Below, in pieces: positions 22,923-35,662 of a stretch of 64,000 nt of DNA. Source of the stretch: Phaeosaccion multiseriatum. Its lineage: Eukaryota > Protista > Ochrophyta, other classes. Within the stretch, counting starts at the first letter, position 1, and each line of letters opens with the position of its first letter. Made by a program: the position numbers and the translations under genes. Location: positions 1,178,001 through 1,242,000 of the forward strand of contig OZ218960.1 of assembly GCA_965112735.1 (NCBI GenBank), given 5' to 3'. Under the pieces are notes generated by a model, which saw only the letters and a program-made list of their open reading frames with translations, did not search any database and was not told the DNA's origin.

Positions 22923-24974
22923 ATGACGAGAGGGATGAAGCGCAAGAGAGCAGTCGTAGTAGTTGTTGGTGTGATGGGAGGGTTCATTACGAACCCAAGC
23001 AGCGCCTTTACGTTTGTCGGCCCGCGAGTGTTGATCAAGGAAGGGCTGCTGAGGTTCAGCGGGAGGAAGAGTGCGAGGAGTAGTAGAGGGGCGGGCAATT
23101 TGCTGGCCTCACCTGCGCTGGCAGCCCCACAGCAGCAAAGACAGCAACAACCACAGCAGCAACCACAGCGGCCAGAGCGGCCACAGCGGCCACGGCGGGA
23201 GAGACTTAGCTCCGGCAGCAACCGACAGAGACCGCTCGTGGACCCCCGGCAGGTGTCGGACGTAGAGAAACTCTACCCAGGTCCGTAGAGATAGGGGCAG
23301 AGGAGGGAGGGGAGGGGTGGTTCAGGGCTGGGATGGAGGATGTAGGGCATCACATAATGGGTTGGATGGAGCCTGCACGTCGACCGACAGTACTACGAGG
23401 GTACCTACCAGCAACGCAGCACGCAGCACGTTCGTGCTGCGACAACCCCCGCCCCGGTCTTTCGTCTCGTCTCTCTTCTCCTCCTCCCTCTCTTCTCTCG
23501 CATCGTCTCTCTCTCCGCCTCCCTCCCTCCCTCCCTCTTTCTCTCTCGTCTATCTCTCTTTTCTGTCTCTCCCTGTCTCGTCTCTCTCGTCTCGTCTCCC
23601 CTCACCCCCCCCCCCCTCCTCCTCTCTCCCTCGCTGCCTCCCTCAGGTGTAGACTTCGACGTCCCCATCACGTACAGCGGCGCTGCGAAGAAGTTCTTCG
23701 CTCATCCCTCTGTAGGCATCGCCTGTGCAGGCTTGGTGGGAGCGCTGGCGATGAGAGCGGCAGCGGCGGCGGCTGGTGGTACAGGGGCGCTAAGTCTCCT
23801 GGACGTGGCTGCTCTGCCCACCGTGTATCTAGGGTGGATATTCCAGGTCAGTAGCTCGGGTCAAGGGGTCAAGGTGTCAAGGCGTCGACCTTTCTCATTC
23901 CCTTCCGTCCGCTTTCTAGCGCGTGGTTCCAATGGTTCCACTTATTCCAAGGTCACCTTCGCCCGCCCCTTCTTCGGACCAGCTGTTCGCGCCTGGGCTC
24001 ATGTTTCCTCCCCGTCCTCCCTCTCCTCCCTCCCAATCGAGCAGGAATGGGCTCTGCACAAGTACCTCTTGCACCCCCCTTCCTCTGTGTCTGCCTATTC
24101 CCCCGACCCCGCCTCCTCCTCCCTCTCGTTCCCTGAACGCATCCACGCCGAGCACCACGCTTTACCCTACTACCATGTGTCCATCGACGGTCCCGAGCTT
24201 GTGGGTCCTTGGATGGCCACAGCCGCTGCTCTCTTCGTGCTCGGCCTCCCTCAAGTAAGCCATGCGTTTTCGCACAAGGGCCACCGGGGCCCTCCCCTCT
24301 CTATATCCTGTGCACCCGAGCCCCCCTCCTCCTCTCCTTCTCCTCCTCCTCCTCCTCTTCCTCCTCCTCCACCACCACCACCACCAACACCACCACCACC
24401 ACCAACACCACCAACACCACCTCCTCCTTCTTCTCCTCTCTCCTCCTGCTCCTCCTCCTCCTCCACCACCACCAACAACAACAACAACAACAACACCAGC
24501 ACCACCACCTCCTTCTCCTCCTCCTCCTCCCTCCTCTCCTCATTCCCCTCCCCCTCCTCCCTACCACCCTCCTTGAGTAACGTGTTCTCACTCCGTTTTG
24601 TACTCCACAACCCCCCCCCCCCCCCCCAATGCGTATTGCCCTCGCGTCACAACACTTGCCCCCAACCCTCCAACTCCCTCAACCCCACCCCATCCTTCCA
24701 GCCTCTAGGCTGGACGGTGACAGCCTCCTACATCACAATGGGCCTGGCCTACATGTGGACCCACTTCCTGGCACACACACGTGTGGCGTCCCTGGGAGAG
24801 AGAGACAAGCGCAGTCAGAGGCATCACATGCGGCACCACCTGCGTGACTGTCGGGCGTGGTTTGCTTTCCTCGAGCCGGGCATTGACCAGCTGCTGAAAA
24901 CAGACCACCCTCCCCTCCTTGAGCCGGGCATTGACCAGCTGCTGAAAACAGACCACCCGCCCGAGGAGACTTGA
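22923..24974 (+). CDS. Fatty-acid-hydroxylase/carotene-hydroxylase superfamily di-iron membrane enzyme, probably plastid-targeted; exons ~22923-23280, 23647-23846, 24045-24254, 24702-24974
   Basis: Four His boxes (EWALHKYLLH, IHAEHH, THFLAH, HHMRHH) between hydrophobic helices. The hydrophobic N-terminus ends in SSA-FTF (ASAFAP-like). Confidence 0.82.
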
Positions 24975-26804
24975 TTGGGCTGACCAACAGCAGCAGCAGC
25001 AGCAGCAGCAGGAGGAGGAGGAGGAGGAGGAGGAGGAGGAGGAGGAGGAGGAGGAGGAGGAGGAGCAGCAGCAACAGCAGCAGCCGGAGCAGCCGGAGCA
25101 GCAGCGGGAGCAAGAGCAGCGAAGGGGGATAAGGCTTGGCAATCTGTAACAGCAGATGGCAGTCTACGACTGCATGGCAGTCATTACGCCGGTTCGTATA
25201 TAAAAAGGTGAAGAATGACGAGTGCGAGGAATTATAAATATATGTAGAAGGCAAGGAAGGAAAGTGGAAGACGGGAGATGGGAGTTAAACCTAGACGATA
25301 CAAGTTTACATGTGCTTTACTTTACGCTCGCAGTAGTGTAGACGGCGAGTGGGCGGCGAGTGTTTATATTTAAGGATTAATTTTTATTACATGATAATAA
25401 AAATTAGTGTTAATTAGTAATGAGATTGTGAAAAGGCCTTGACAGCCCGGGGGGGGGAGCCCAAAGCACCCCACGAGCTCAAGGCTCCTGCAGGACGATG
25501 CCCTCCCTGAGCGGGCTTGACACGTGACACCTGGTACGGCGCATCAGCACTGATGAGAAGGCAGCAAATGACAGCAACCTTAGTGACCCTCTGTGATGCG
25601 CTCCAGCCATCCAGCAGCAATGCAGCTGCTCCCTGGTACTTGCGCTAGTCAGTCGCCGTGTGTCCGCCCGCGCCGCTGCTCTCCACAGCCGTAACGAACC
25701 GCTTTCTCAAGTTGGTCACCTAGTGAGGGTGTGGGTGTGGAGCGAACCCCTCCTCCTCCGATTCTCTACTGCGTTTCTCCCTACATCTTCTCCCTCGCCG
25801 CCTTGGGCCGTTGTGCTGCCGTACAAGATACGAACATGGCAGCAGCTGCGAAGAGGCAGCCACACCAGCACCACCAGCCACACCAGCACCACCAGCCACA
25901 CCAGCACCACCAGCCACACCAGCACCACCAGCCACACCAGCCACACCTGACAGTATGCTACATACAGATAGCCTCTCATTATCTCCAGCCTCTCCAGCGC
26001 CGGAGCCTGTCTAGCTGGGGTACAGGCAGTGGTCGTGTTCGCGTTCGCCTCTCTCTCTCTCTCATGCTTCCTTTTCGCGTTCTTACACACGCCTCTCGCT
26101 CTCGCTCTCTCTCCTTCTCGCTCTTTCTCTCTCTCGTTCTCATGCTCCCTCCCACACTACGGCATCTACGCACTTACACGTGTTGCCACTCGCGAACGTC
26201 CTTCCCATCGCGACACTCGGCACAGCTTCCATGGTGCGCCATCATCATCCCTCTCCCTTCCCGTATCTTCTCTCGCAAGCTTGCGTCCGAGCAATACGGT
26301 GCTCTCCCCTCTCCCTTGTCACACTCGTTACCCTCTAGAGAGGAAGGGAGAGAGGGAGAGAGGGAGGGAGGGAGGAAGGGACGTGATGGCCACTACAGAG
26401 CACCTCCAGACTCCCCCACAGGGAAGGAGGCAGCGCACACCGGCGTGTGGGCCAGGCCGCGCCGGGCCGTAAAGCAAGCAGTAAAGGAGGCACCACTTCC
26501 CTCCCTTCCCTCCAGCTGGTCAACACTCCAGGCACAGAGGCAGAAAGTAGAGAGGGTGCTCCACCGGGTGGGGATTTTTGAGGGAAGGATGACCCCCCCC
26601 CCTTCCTCCCCTCCTCCTCCCTTCATTCCATCTGGTGCCAACCCTCGCCCTACGCACGTCCCCTCGAGCGGCGACCGAACATTTGCTGCTACTGCTGTTG
26701 CTGCCTATGATAACCCGAGGGGGCTCATCCCATCCTCCTCCTCCTCGTCCTCCTTCTCCTCGTCCTCTTCCTCCTCCTCCTCCTGCTCCTGCTCCTCCTC
26801 CTCG

Positions 26805-27484
26805 TCAGACCACCCCCTTGCCTCCTCCTCCTGCCCCCTCCCCTTCAGCGCTGGCGGCACTCGTCCCTGCCGCAGCCGTCGCGCCAACCCCGCCCGTGTT
26901 GTCGTATCCTCCTCGGTGACCTCTCACTGCGGCCCACGCCAGACCGAAGAGCCTCTTTCTCATCCACCGAGACGCAACTTGCTGGGGCGTCCGGACGAAG
27001 CGCAGTAGGGACAGACCACGCATAATGTACCAGGCCAGGGTGCCCAAGCACACCGCACCAAAGCCGATGATGTTGCCTACAGCACAGCCTAACGGGGAGG
27101 AGGGAGGAGGAGGGGGGGGGGGGTGGGTGAGGAGAGGAGGAGGAGGAGTGAAAATGACGGAAACAAACGGTGCAAGGGGCAGAGCGGAAGCGTACGGGAG
27201 TGTGTGCAGCCGTGCTCTGTGAGGGGCGCACCAAGTGCGATGAAGGTGCTTACAGGGCACTTGCTCTCTCTTTTCTCACACGCACGAAAGCTTTTCCTTT
27301 CGATCGAAGTGGGGTGAGCAGAGGCGTGGAGGCGTACAAGGCGGTCACATCAATCATCATCTTTTCCTTGCCTTACCTTTCAGAGACGCCTTGAACAGCG
27401 AGGAAGCGTTGGCTCTGGTCAGTGCACGGCCCGCAGAGAGCATCCCCAACACGCCACAAGCCGCACAGCCCCCAAAGAAGAGCG

Positions 27485-27515
<31 letters not shown>

Positions 27516-28324
27516 GCTGCCCGCGCTGCTACCACCGCCACTGCCACCGCCCCTCGCGACCGACGAGGCGAAGAAGTAGAGCTGCTGCTGCTTCATGATC
27601 TGCAGCAAGAAACCCCCCACAGCCCCAACCGCCAAGGGCTGGAGCAAGTCCACCGTGCCTACGATTGAAGGTAGTTTTGAGTTTTGAGCGACGAACGATC
27701 CGTAGGGGTGAGGGAAAGGAAGCAGAGGGCCGTGTGTTGCGTGCGGGTGGTCATTAACATGCGCACTTTACCCACTCACTGGAGGCAAGGGGAGGGAGGC
27801 ATGGTGTATATACTCGTATCAAGGTTGAGAGTTTTTGACAGGTCGATGCTACACCAACCTTCGCCAATTAAATCGCCCACAGCCGGCGCGAGGGCTGGAC
27901 CGTACTGATCGTAGAGCCCCCTGGAGCGAGGATGCTTGAGCACCTCGTGGGCGTGGCAGAGGCGGTGGAACTCGCCAGCGTCCCCACCGCAGTCAGGATG
28001 CGCCTTGCGTGCAGAACAAAAAGGGGTGAGGGTTGAGAGGAAAGCAACAGTCACACGGTCATCTTTTCCTACCTTGAGAGAGGCCCGCCGGAACCCACTA
28101 CTGATCTCATCCGGCGTGGCTCCTCGAGGGACACCAAGGAGCGCGTAGAAGCACGTGTGGATTTGCACGGAGCCTGCACCATTCTTCTCCCTCTGTTCGC
28201 TCACCCCGTCTCCTCCTCCTCCTCCTCCTCCTCCTCCTCCCCCTCCTCCTCCACCACCTGCTACTCCTCTTCCCGGGGCAGTATCCAAGCCTGCAGCAGC
28301 GGCGGACCCCCTCTCTGCACTCAT
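26805..28324 (-). CDS. DnaJ-domain protein with C-terminal hydrophobic segments; exons ~28324-28073, 28003-27859, 27658-27377, 27088-26805
   Basis: J-domain FYALLGVPRGATPDEISSGFRRASLK|AHPDCGGDAGEFHRLCHAHEVLKHPRSRGLYDQYG with the HPD motif. The 3' end is less certain. Confidence 0.82.
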
Positions 28325-28576
28325 CCTGTACGTCCCACGGTCTCTTAAAGAAAGGTGTGGGTGTGAGGGGGGATTTTTTTGGGGTGTGATTTACAGCTCT
28401 ATTTTGAAGTAGAGTACCTCGACACATGCATTAGATAGACTCACAAATGGTGAAAAATCCTATGACGTGGGCCATGTCAACAGGAACCCGAGGGGTGCGT
28501 TATTCCCAGGTCAAAGCACTGCCGTACTAACTCCTTCCTCCTCCTCTACGAGCTTAATCCCCCCACTACACTTAAA

Positions 28577-30693
28577 ATGAAGACCTCCGCCGTCATCGCC
28601 GTCGCCGTGCTGGGCAGGTAAGATCAATCGCTCGAAAACTCGTCTCAATGACGTCCTGCAGGCGCTCTGGAGCGAGTGCGTTTGAGGGCCGAATGGATCC
28701 CGAATGGTGGGACAATGCAGCGGCAGGGGCAGCAGCACGCCTCTACAACTTGTGTCGAAGAGTGCTCTAGGATGTGCTGTTCTGCTTGGTCTTCCGGGTT
28801 GCTGGAGTTGTGTAAAGGTGGAAGCGGAGAGCGCTGGGAAGGGATCGAAGGGTCGGATGGCTTGAGGAGCAGTAACTGTGGCAGCGGAGGGGAGGCGCCG
28901 TGGCGCGGTGGCGCGGTGGCGCAGAGGAAGGCTGGGATAGGAAAAGGCCGTACGAACGGCTGCTATGCCCGACCTCGCTCTCAATTTGATTGCACACCAC
29001 AAATTGAGAGGAAGAAAATGCGAGACCCACCGAGACGACACTTTGTTGATGCAGTCAAGTGAACGATTCAGACGACCCGCTGACTGCGCATTGAGAGTAG
29101 AATTCCCTGGACTATAGCCACGCCCACGTGATAAGGGAAGAAGGGGGGCGGACCGGACGCATGTTGATCCAATCCGGGTGAAGGACGTGGGGGATATCAG
29201 GGGGAGCGGGATTGCTATTTCTTTCGAGGCAGAGAAAATGCCGCAGTCAGCCAGCGAAGGGGTTTGCCAGCAAGGGGATTTGCCGCGAGGGAGGAAGAAG
29301 AGGCTGAATTTTACAAAGCCACGGCAGGCACCGCCTCCTCCTCCTCACACGAATCGTTTCGTGTCTTTTCGCCCCGCTCCTTGTGCTCAATCCTTCCTTC
29401 CCCTCCTCCCTCCTCCCTCCTCCCCCCTCCATCCCTCTCTCTGCTCCTCTTGCCGTCCTATGCACCACCATCAGCGCTGCTGCCTTCGTGCCCTCTGTGC
29501 CCCTGTCGGGCATGAAGGTGTCCACTGTCAGCCGCAGCTCCAGCAAGGGAATGACCATGGCCGCGGCTCGCGAGATGGTTGGCACCGGCGCCCCCCTCGG
29601 CTTCTTCGATCCTCTGGGATTCTCCAAGGGATCCGAGGACTCCATCAACCACTACCGCGAGTGCGAGCTCAAGCACGGTAGGTGGAGAGAGACTTACAGA
29701 GGGAGGGGGGGGGGGGAGGGGAAGAGAGACTGAGAGCATATGAAAAGTAAAGACACATCACCCTCCACCGCTTGTCTCCTCTTCACAGACCCCCTCTCGT
29801 ATGCCCGCCCACCTTCTTCGGGTCACGAGCGCATGTATATCCCCTCTCCCTTTCCTCACCCACGTCCCTCCCTTTTCCCCCTGCTCCTCTCCTCCTCTGT
29901 GCTGACTCAGGCCGTATCGCCATGATTGCCACCCTGGGCTGGTTCTGGCAGGAGGTGTCCCACCCTCTCTTCCCTAACGTGTCTGGCAACCCCCTCAAGG
30001 CCCTTGTGGAGTGCCCCAAGGAGAGCCTGGTGCAGATCTTCGCCTTCATTGGCTTTGTTGAGTTCATCAGCTCCAAGCTCAGGAAGCAGCCCGACTACAT
30101 TGTTGGCGACTACCTGGGCGCCAACCAGCTCATGGACGAGGGAGACGAGGTGCGTGGGGCTGGGCTCTGGATCGCTGATTGAAGTATTTTTGAATGCTTG
30201 CAATTGTCTCGCCTCTGTCTGCTCAATCCTTTCTCTCTCTTATGCTCAACCAGTGCGTTCCTAAACCTCCCCTCTCGCCTGTGTTCGGCACTTGTGTCGG
30301 CTGTGTCCTTGTTGCAGGGATGGAAGGCGTACCAAACGAAGGAGCTGAACAACGGAAGGTACGTCACACACTCACACAAATACGTAATTCTTTGGTTGAT
30401 TCCCATAAGTCAAAAATCATCACGTGGTAGGAATGAAAGTGTCGGGGAGTGTCGTGTTTAGATTAGTAGGAAGGGGCTGCATCCCGAATCGAAAAGAAGT
30501 GGGCGGAAGAGAGAATCTTTGGTCTCTCTCTGATGTTCTGTCCTTTTTTCTTCTCCTCCTCCTCCTCCTCCTCCTGCTTCCTCTGCTCTGTGTGCTCAGG
30601 CTGGCGATGATGGCCATCATGGGCCTCATTGTGCAGGACATTCTTACCGGACAGGGAGTGAGGGAGCAGATGGAGGCCATGATGGCAAAATAA
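28577..30693 (+). CDS. LHC: Light-harvesting chlorophyll a/c (fucoxanthin)-binding protein; exons 28577-28617, 29475-29677, 29911-30149, 30318-30358, 30600-30693
   Basis: MKTSAVIAVAVLGSAAA-FVP presequence, GAPLGFFDPLGFS, YRECELKHGRIAMIA, YQTKELNNGRLAMMAIMG. Confidence 0.97.
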
Positions 30694-31587
30694 ATAGACA
30701 CCCACACAACCACGACACGGCACGGCACGACACGACACGACACCAGCGTTTGTCACACGCACACTCACCCTCCCTCGCGCCGCTGAAGGGCGAAGGGAAG
30801 GGCCAGCCGGCGAGTGAGCGAGCGAGCGAGCGAGCGGGTGGTTGCGCTAACCACCACCACCACCATTTATAACGTCATCACATCACATTACATCACAAAG
30901 GTGGTCGGCTGAGGAGGGCCAGGGGCGAGGGCCACCAATAACAACTTACCTTACTTCACTGAAGCACATGCCTCCACATGGCATCCAGCGGCATTTATGC
31001 CCAGCTGCTGTCATGTGGGTGTGTTTGCGTCAGTGTGTGAGAGAGAGGTGTGGGGGGAGGGAGGGGGGGGGAAGAGGGGGTGAGGGCAGGAGGTCCTAAC
31101 CCTTTTTGTTGAGGGGTTTAAGCTGTCCTCTAACTCTCTTTTGTCCTCTTTCTTTCCCCTCATTTCATTTTTTCGCCCCTTTAGACATATATGTATCGGT
31201 TACTATTTAGAGGGGGATACGCGCCCCCATTATTTACAACAGTTTACATTTTGTCTCTAGTGCCGGGGGGGGGGGGGATACTGTACGGGATGGGACTTAA
31301 GGAAAGGAAGATGCAGACACTTTGCTCTGGAGGTGATGGCATTACGCGCCTCAAACGAGGACGCTCCTATATATAGAACACGGGCAAAATATACATCAGC
31401 CATTCCATCTCATTTTCAGTATCTGCTTGACCGTACTGTAGGCCTACAGCGGCATTGGTCAAATAGCACCTCCCTCCCGCACGTGCGTAAGGGTACGTAT
31501 GTATATATGTGTGTACGTACGTATTTTTTTTTTGGGTGTATGTACTGAATGCCCTGGCCCTTCGTTGTTTGCCCTTGGGCCCTCTCC

Positions 31588-32699
31588 CTACCGTTGCTCT
31601 GCGGCCCTCTCCCTCTGCAGCTTGCCCAGCATGACCGTGATGGCATTGTTCATGACGGGCTGCCCCTTGCGCGTCCTCTTGGTCAGCAGGTTGCGATCGC
31701 TGGACCGCTGCTGGAGCTTGCCCTGCTTCCTCCTGTTCCGTTCTTGCGTAGCGTGGGTGCGCGCCGCCTGCTCGTCGTGCTTCTTCGTCGCCTCCGCCTT
31801 TGCCCTCTTGAAGGGGTCTGGCTTGGGCGCCCTCTTGGTGCGGCTGCTACTGCTACTACTACTAATCGTGGTGGTGGGGGTGGTGGTGGAATGCACCTCT
31901 CCCTTTCCTCCTTGCCCAAGTTGCTCCTTACCCTGCTGTAGGTGATGCGCCTCCTCACTTTGGCTGTCTTCATTGCCCTCTTCCGCAATCTCCATTCCCT
32001 TCTCGGACCCTGCTGCTGCATGCTTCCCTTCTTGTTTCTTCTCCTCTTCCTCTTCGCCCCGCTTTCCACCCCGCCCGTTCTCTAATTGCTGTAGCTGTTG
32101 CTGTTTCCTTCGCTGCTGCCTCTGCTGTTTGGCCAGCAGCGTCGTTGTTGACGACCCGCTCCCCCTCTCCTCCCCACCCTTCTTCTCCACTCTGTCACCA
32201 CCCCTCCCCTCCTGGCCTCCTCTTCCTTCCTCTCTAGCTCCGCTCTCTCCTTCCGCCTCGTCCCTAGGGAGCAGCCCCTCTTTCTTGAGAGTCTTCATGT
32301 AGTCGCGTCTCAATGACGCTTTTTTGTAAATTTGACGATTGATGGCTGCTCACAGGGGAGGGGGAGTGTACAACACAGAGCAAAGCGAGCGTAGCAGCAG
32401 CAGCAAGAGCAGGATCAGCAGGGGGGCACAGAGGGCACATAGGTCGATAAAGCACATCCTGACGGTGGCCTCTCCCCCACCCACCGGAGATCCTATGTCT
32501 CTCTCTCTCTCGCATCTCCACGCTCACTCCGTGCACCTTTCTTTTTCTTCATGTAGGCTTTGCCTTTAGCATCCTTCCCACCCGCGAAGCGCTCCAGAGA
32601 CAGGGCTGAGGCACCCTTCCCTTTGCCTCCTGCTGCGGGAGGCCGACTCCTCTTCTTGCCTCCCGCCCCTCCATGCTTCTGCTGCTGATCAGCACTCAT
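31588..32699 (-). CDS. rRNA-processing protein, FYV7/CCDC59(TAP26)-like; exons 32699-32537, 32345-31588
   Basis: Basic nucleolar-type protein with KPDPFKRAK and C-terminal LTKRTRKGQPVMNNAITVMLGKLQ, typical of the Fyv7/TAP26 family. Confidence 0.8.
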
Positions 32700-33212
32700 C
32701 CTATCTGAGTCTCCGTGAGTTTCGTGCCCTCTGTGTTGTCGGATACAGAGGTGGGGGAGTAGAGGAAAGGTAGCGGGGAAGTAAGGCAATGAATTAGAGG
32801 CATACGGGACCTACCGAATACGCCAAACACACGCGATTATCAGCCAGCATTCGAGAAGAAGAAGAGACAACCACAACAGTTATCCGGGAGGGAGAGGCGT
32901 GGAGCGGATATCCTCTTTTCTTCCAAATGCCAAGGAACTGCGATGATTGAGTTTTAAAAGCAGAGTTAGATCACTTTGCTTGATGGGCAACAGTAGCAGA
33001 TGCGGCGAAAGAGCCATGCCGGGAAGGGTATAAGAGTGTTGATAGAGAAGGGCCCAGAGGAGACTTGAGGAAGTCTTTTGAGTTCCTCATAAAGTCCCCA
33101 ATCTTAGTAGAGAGGGCGAAGCGGAGAGAGGAGAAGCAGGGGGAAAGCGGCGGAGGAGCAGCACCAGAAGGAGCAGCAGCACGAAGGAAGGTGGCGGCTC
33201 TGGTCCTTCCAC

Positions 33213-33635
33213 ATGGTGAGTGGTCGAGAGGGAAGGGCGAGAAAAGAGGTTGTGGGGCGCGGCAGTAGCAATACTGTGGTTCCTCTCCAAGTGTGCCAAG
33301 CAAGGAGGATGGCGTGCAAGCAATATCTCTGTATCTCTGGCGCCGCAATATTTTTTCTTCAGTGACTTTGGCTCTCACCATCTCTCCTTCTCTCTCCCTC
33401 CCTCCCTCCGTGCTCCACGCTATTGGCAGTTCTCTCTCTTGAGGGGCCTGTGGGGCTACCTCTTCTCAAAGACAGACATCAACGTCTTGATATTAGGGCT
33501 AGACTATGCAGGGAAGACGGTAAGTTGTCCTCGCACGCTCTTGCTTATTTGCTTTCTGACAGAGATCCTATGACAGGGAAGGTGCTTGCCACGGACTTGC
33601 TGCCCGCCTTGTCTCCGCCTTGTCTGTCTGTCTGC

Positions 33636-33688
<53 letters not shown>

Positions 33689-35248
33689 CTTCTCTCCCTC
33701 TGTCTGTCTCTCCCTCTCCGTCTCCCTCTCTCCCTCCCCTTCTCTATCTCTCTCATTCGTGCTTCGCTCCCATCGCATGTCTCCTCGTACCACCCCCCCC
33801 CCCTATCCCCAGACTATACTGGAGCAGGTCAAGGCCATGTTTAAGAAAGTGCCCGTCATCCCCGCGGACAAGATCCCACCAACAGTGGGCCTCAACGTCG
33901 GCAAGATGGACATTAAGGACTGCTGCGTTACCTTCTGGGACTTGGGGGGCCAAGTGAGTTGGTGGGAGGCAGCAGAGCCGGGGCAGAGGGAGGGGGTTCG
34001 GGTCTGTTTTCCCCTATCGAAGTAACCACAAACCTTTCCTTGCCTTGAGTGAGGACCGGATACGACTGAAGGGAAGTGTCAAGGGAGGTGAAACGTCATA
34101 TTTCGCCTTGGCCTTTGCCTTTACCTTCTGCTCGTATCCCCACCTCCTCACCCACGCCACGTGGTCTCGCTGTTGCTGCTGTACCACCAACCGCTGTACT
34201 AACTGCTGTATCACCAACTGCTTCTGCGCACAGGTCCGCGTGCGATCGCTATGGGAGCGTTATTACAAAGACGCCCACGGCATTGTGTTCGTCATTGACT
34301 CCGCCGATGTGGGCAGATTCGAAGAAGCTAGACTTGCCTTCGATATTGTGAGGTGAGGCAGACGGAAGGAAGGAAGCCTGTGACTCCTTGCCGTGCCAGG
34401 CTATGACTTGTAGAGCCAGCGCTGATATGGACTGGGCCTTGGGTGGCACTTCTAAGCTCTTCAGACTCCTGTGTCACCTACCCCGCCAGTCCTTTTCATT
34501 CAGCGCCTTTCCTAGACGGCTCCGTAGGACTCCGATTTGGACGATATATGAAACGGCAGTGGTGACGGGTGTGTAACGGTCCGATGTTTCGCACCCTGTC
34601 TTATGTTGTCGTGTCACATGGCTGCTTGCGAGGGAGGTGCAGGCAGGCAGGCGCCTTGGCTCGTACCTCCCTGCCTCAGAGATCGAAGTCTGTCTTCCCA
34701 GCTTCGTTACAAGACCTCCAACCCGCCCTGCCCCCCCCCCCCCCTTCTCTTCCTCCTTGCCCTTGCGTGTGTGTGGGATGTGCTTGTCATGATATATTTC
34801 CACACACAGAGAGCAAGGGAGCATCCACGGCATTCCCATCATGCTGTGTGCAAACAAACAGGACCTCCCAGGCGCCATTACCACGGAAGATATTTACCAA
34901 TCCTTCGATCTGCACAAGGTATCCCCCACATCGAGAGGCCGCATCAGCATCAGCAGTAGTCCCAGCGTTCGAGTAGGCGGAGGCGGTCGAAGTCCTATCC
35001 CCTCCACTGTAGGGCGTAGTCCCAGTAGAGGGCGCAGTCCCGTCGCTGCTAGGGGAGCAGCACGAGGGAGTCTCCTGCTGGCAGGGGGGGCTGCCGGAGA
35101 GGCTGCGGCGGGGGTTGCGTCATCCGTGTCTGGGTCTGGTTTCCGCCTCCAGGCTGTGAGCGCCCTGACGTCCGAGGGACTACGGGACGGCATGTGCTGG
35201 ATAGTGGAAGAAGCCAAGAGAAAATCCAGGGCCTTTGGGGGAGACTAG
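33213..35248 (+). CDS. ARFRP1: ARF-related small GTPase ARFRP1; exons 33213-33215 (ATG only), 33430-33519, 33813-33953, 34234-34352, 34810-35248
   Basis: M|FSLLRGLWGYLFSK N-terminus without Gly2, GLDYAGKT, IPPTVGLNVGK, FWDLGGQ, LWERYY, ANKQD, SALTSEG. Confidence 0.92.
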
Positions 35249-35662
35249 CGCTGGCTGGGTGAGGAGAGACAAATGGTCTCCTCCCACTTTGTGCCTATAC
35301 ACCTCTGATTATTAATGTTTTTTAATTAATTTAAAATTAATAAAAGTATGCGTAGTGTCAGAGAGACACTCATTTCTCGCCCCCTTGACTTGTGACATGT
35401 CCATAATCATGAATTAACACAGATTGTGTTAATATTCTTGCTTCTCCCGCCCCCTCCCCCTCCCTGCCATTCGGCCCATGCGGCTGCATCCAATACTGCC
35501 TTTCTTCTGCCTATAGACTATTATCCCACGTGCGTGTGGACGCGTGTTCCACCCCTCCCTGAGGAGCGTGCATCCGTCCCTAATCGCACCCCCCAACGTC
35601 CTCAGTGCGTTTCTTCCTGCCCGTTGCTCCTCTCCCCCCCCCCCCCTCTCCTCTTCCTCCAC

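Noticed and set aside
25731-27008. 425-aa plus-strand ORF
   Set aside because: Low complexity, includes an 18-bp tandem repeat, overlaps the DnaJ 3' end antisense and has no recognisable domain.
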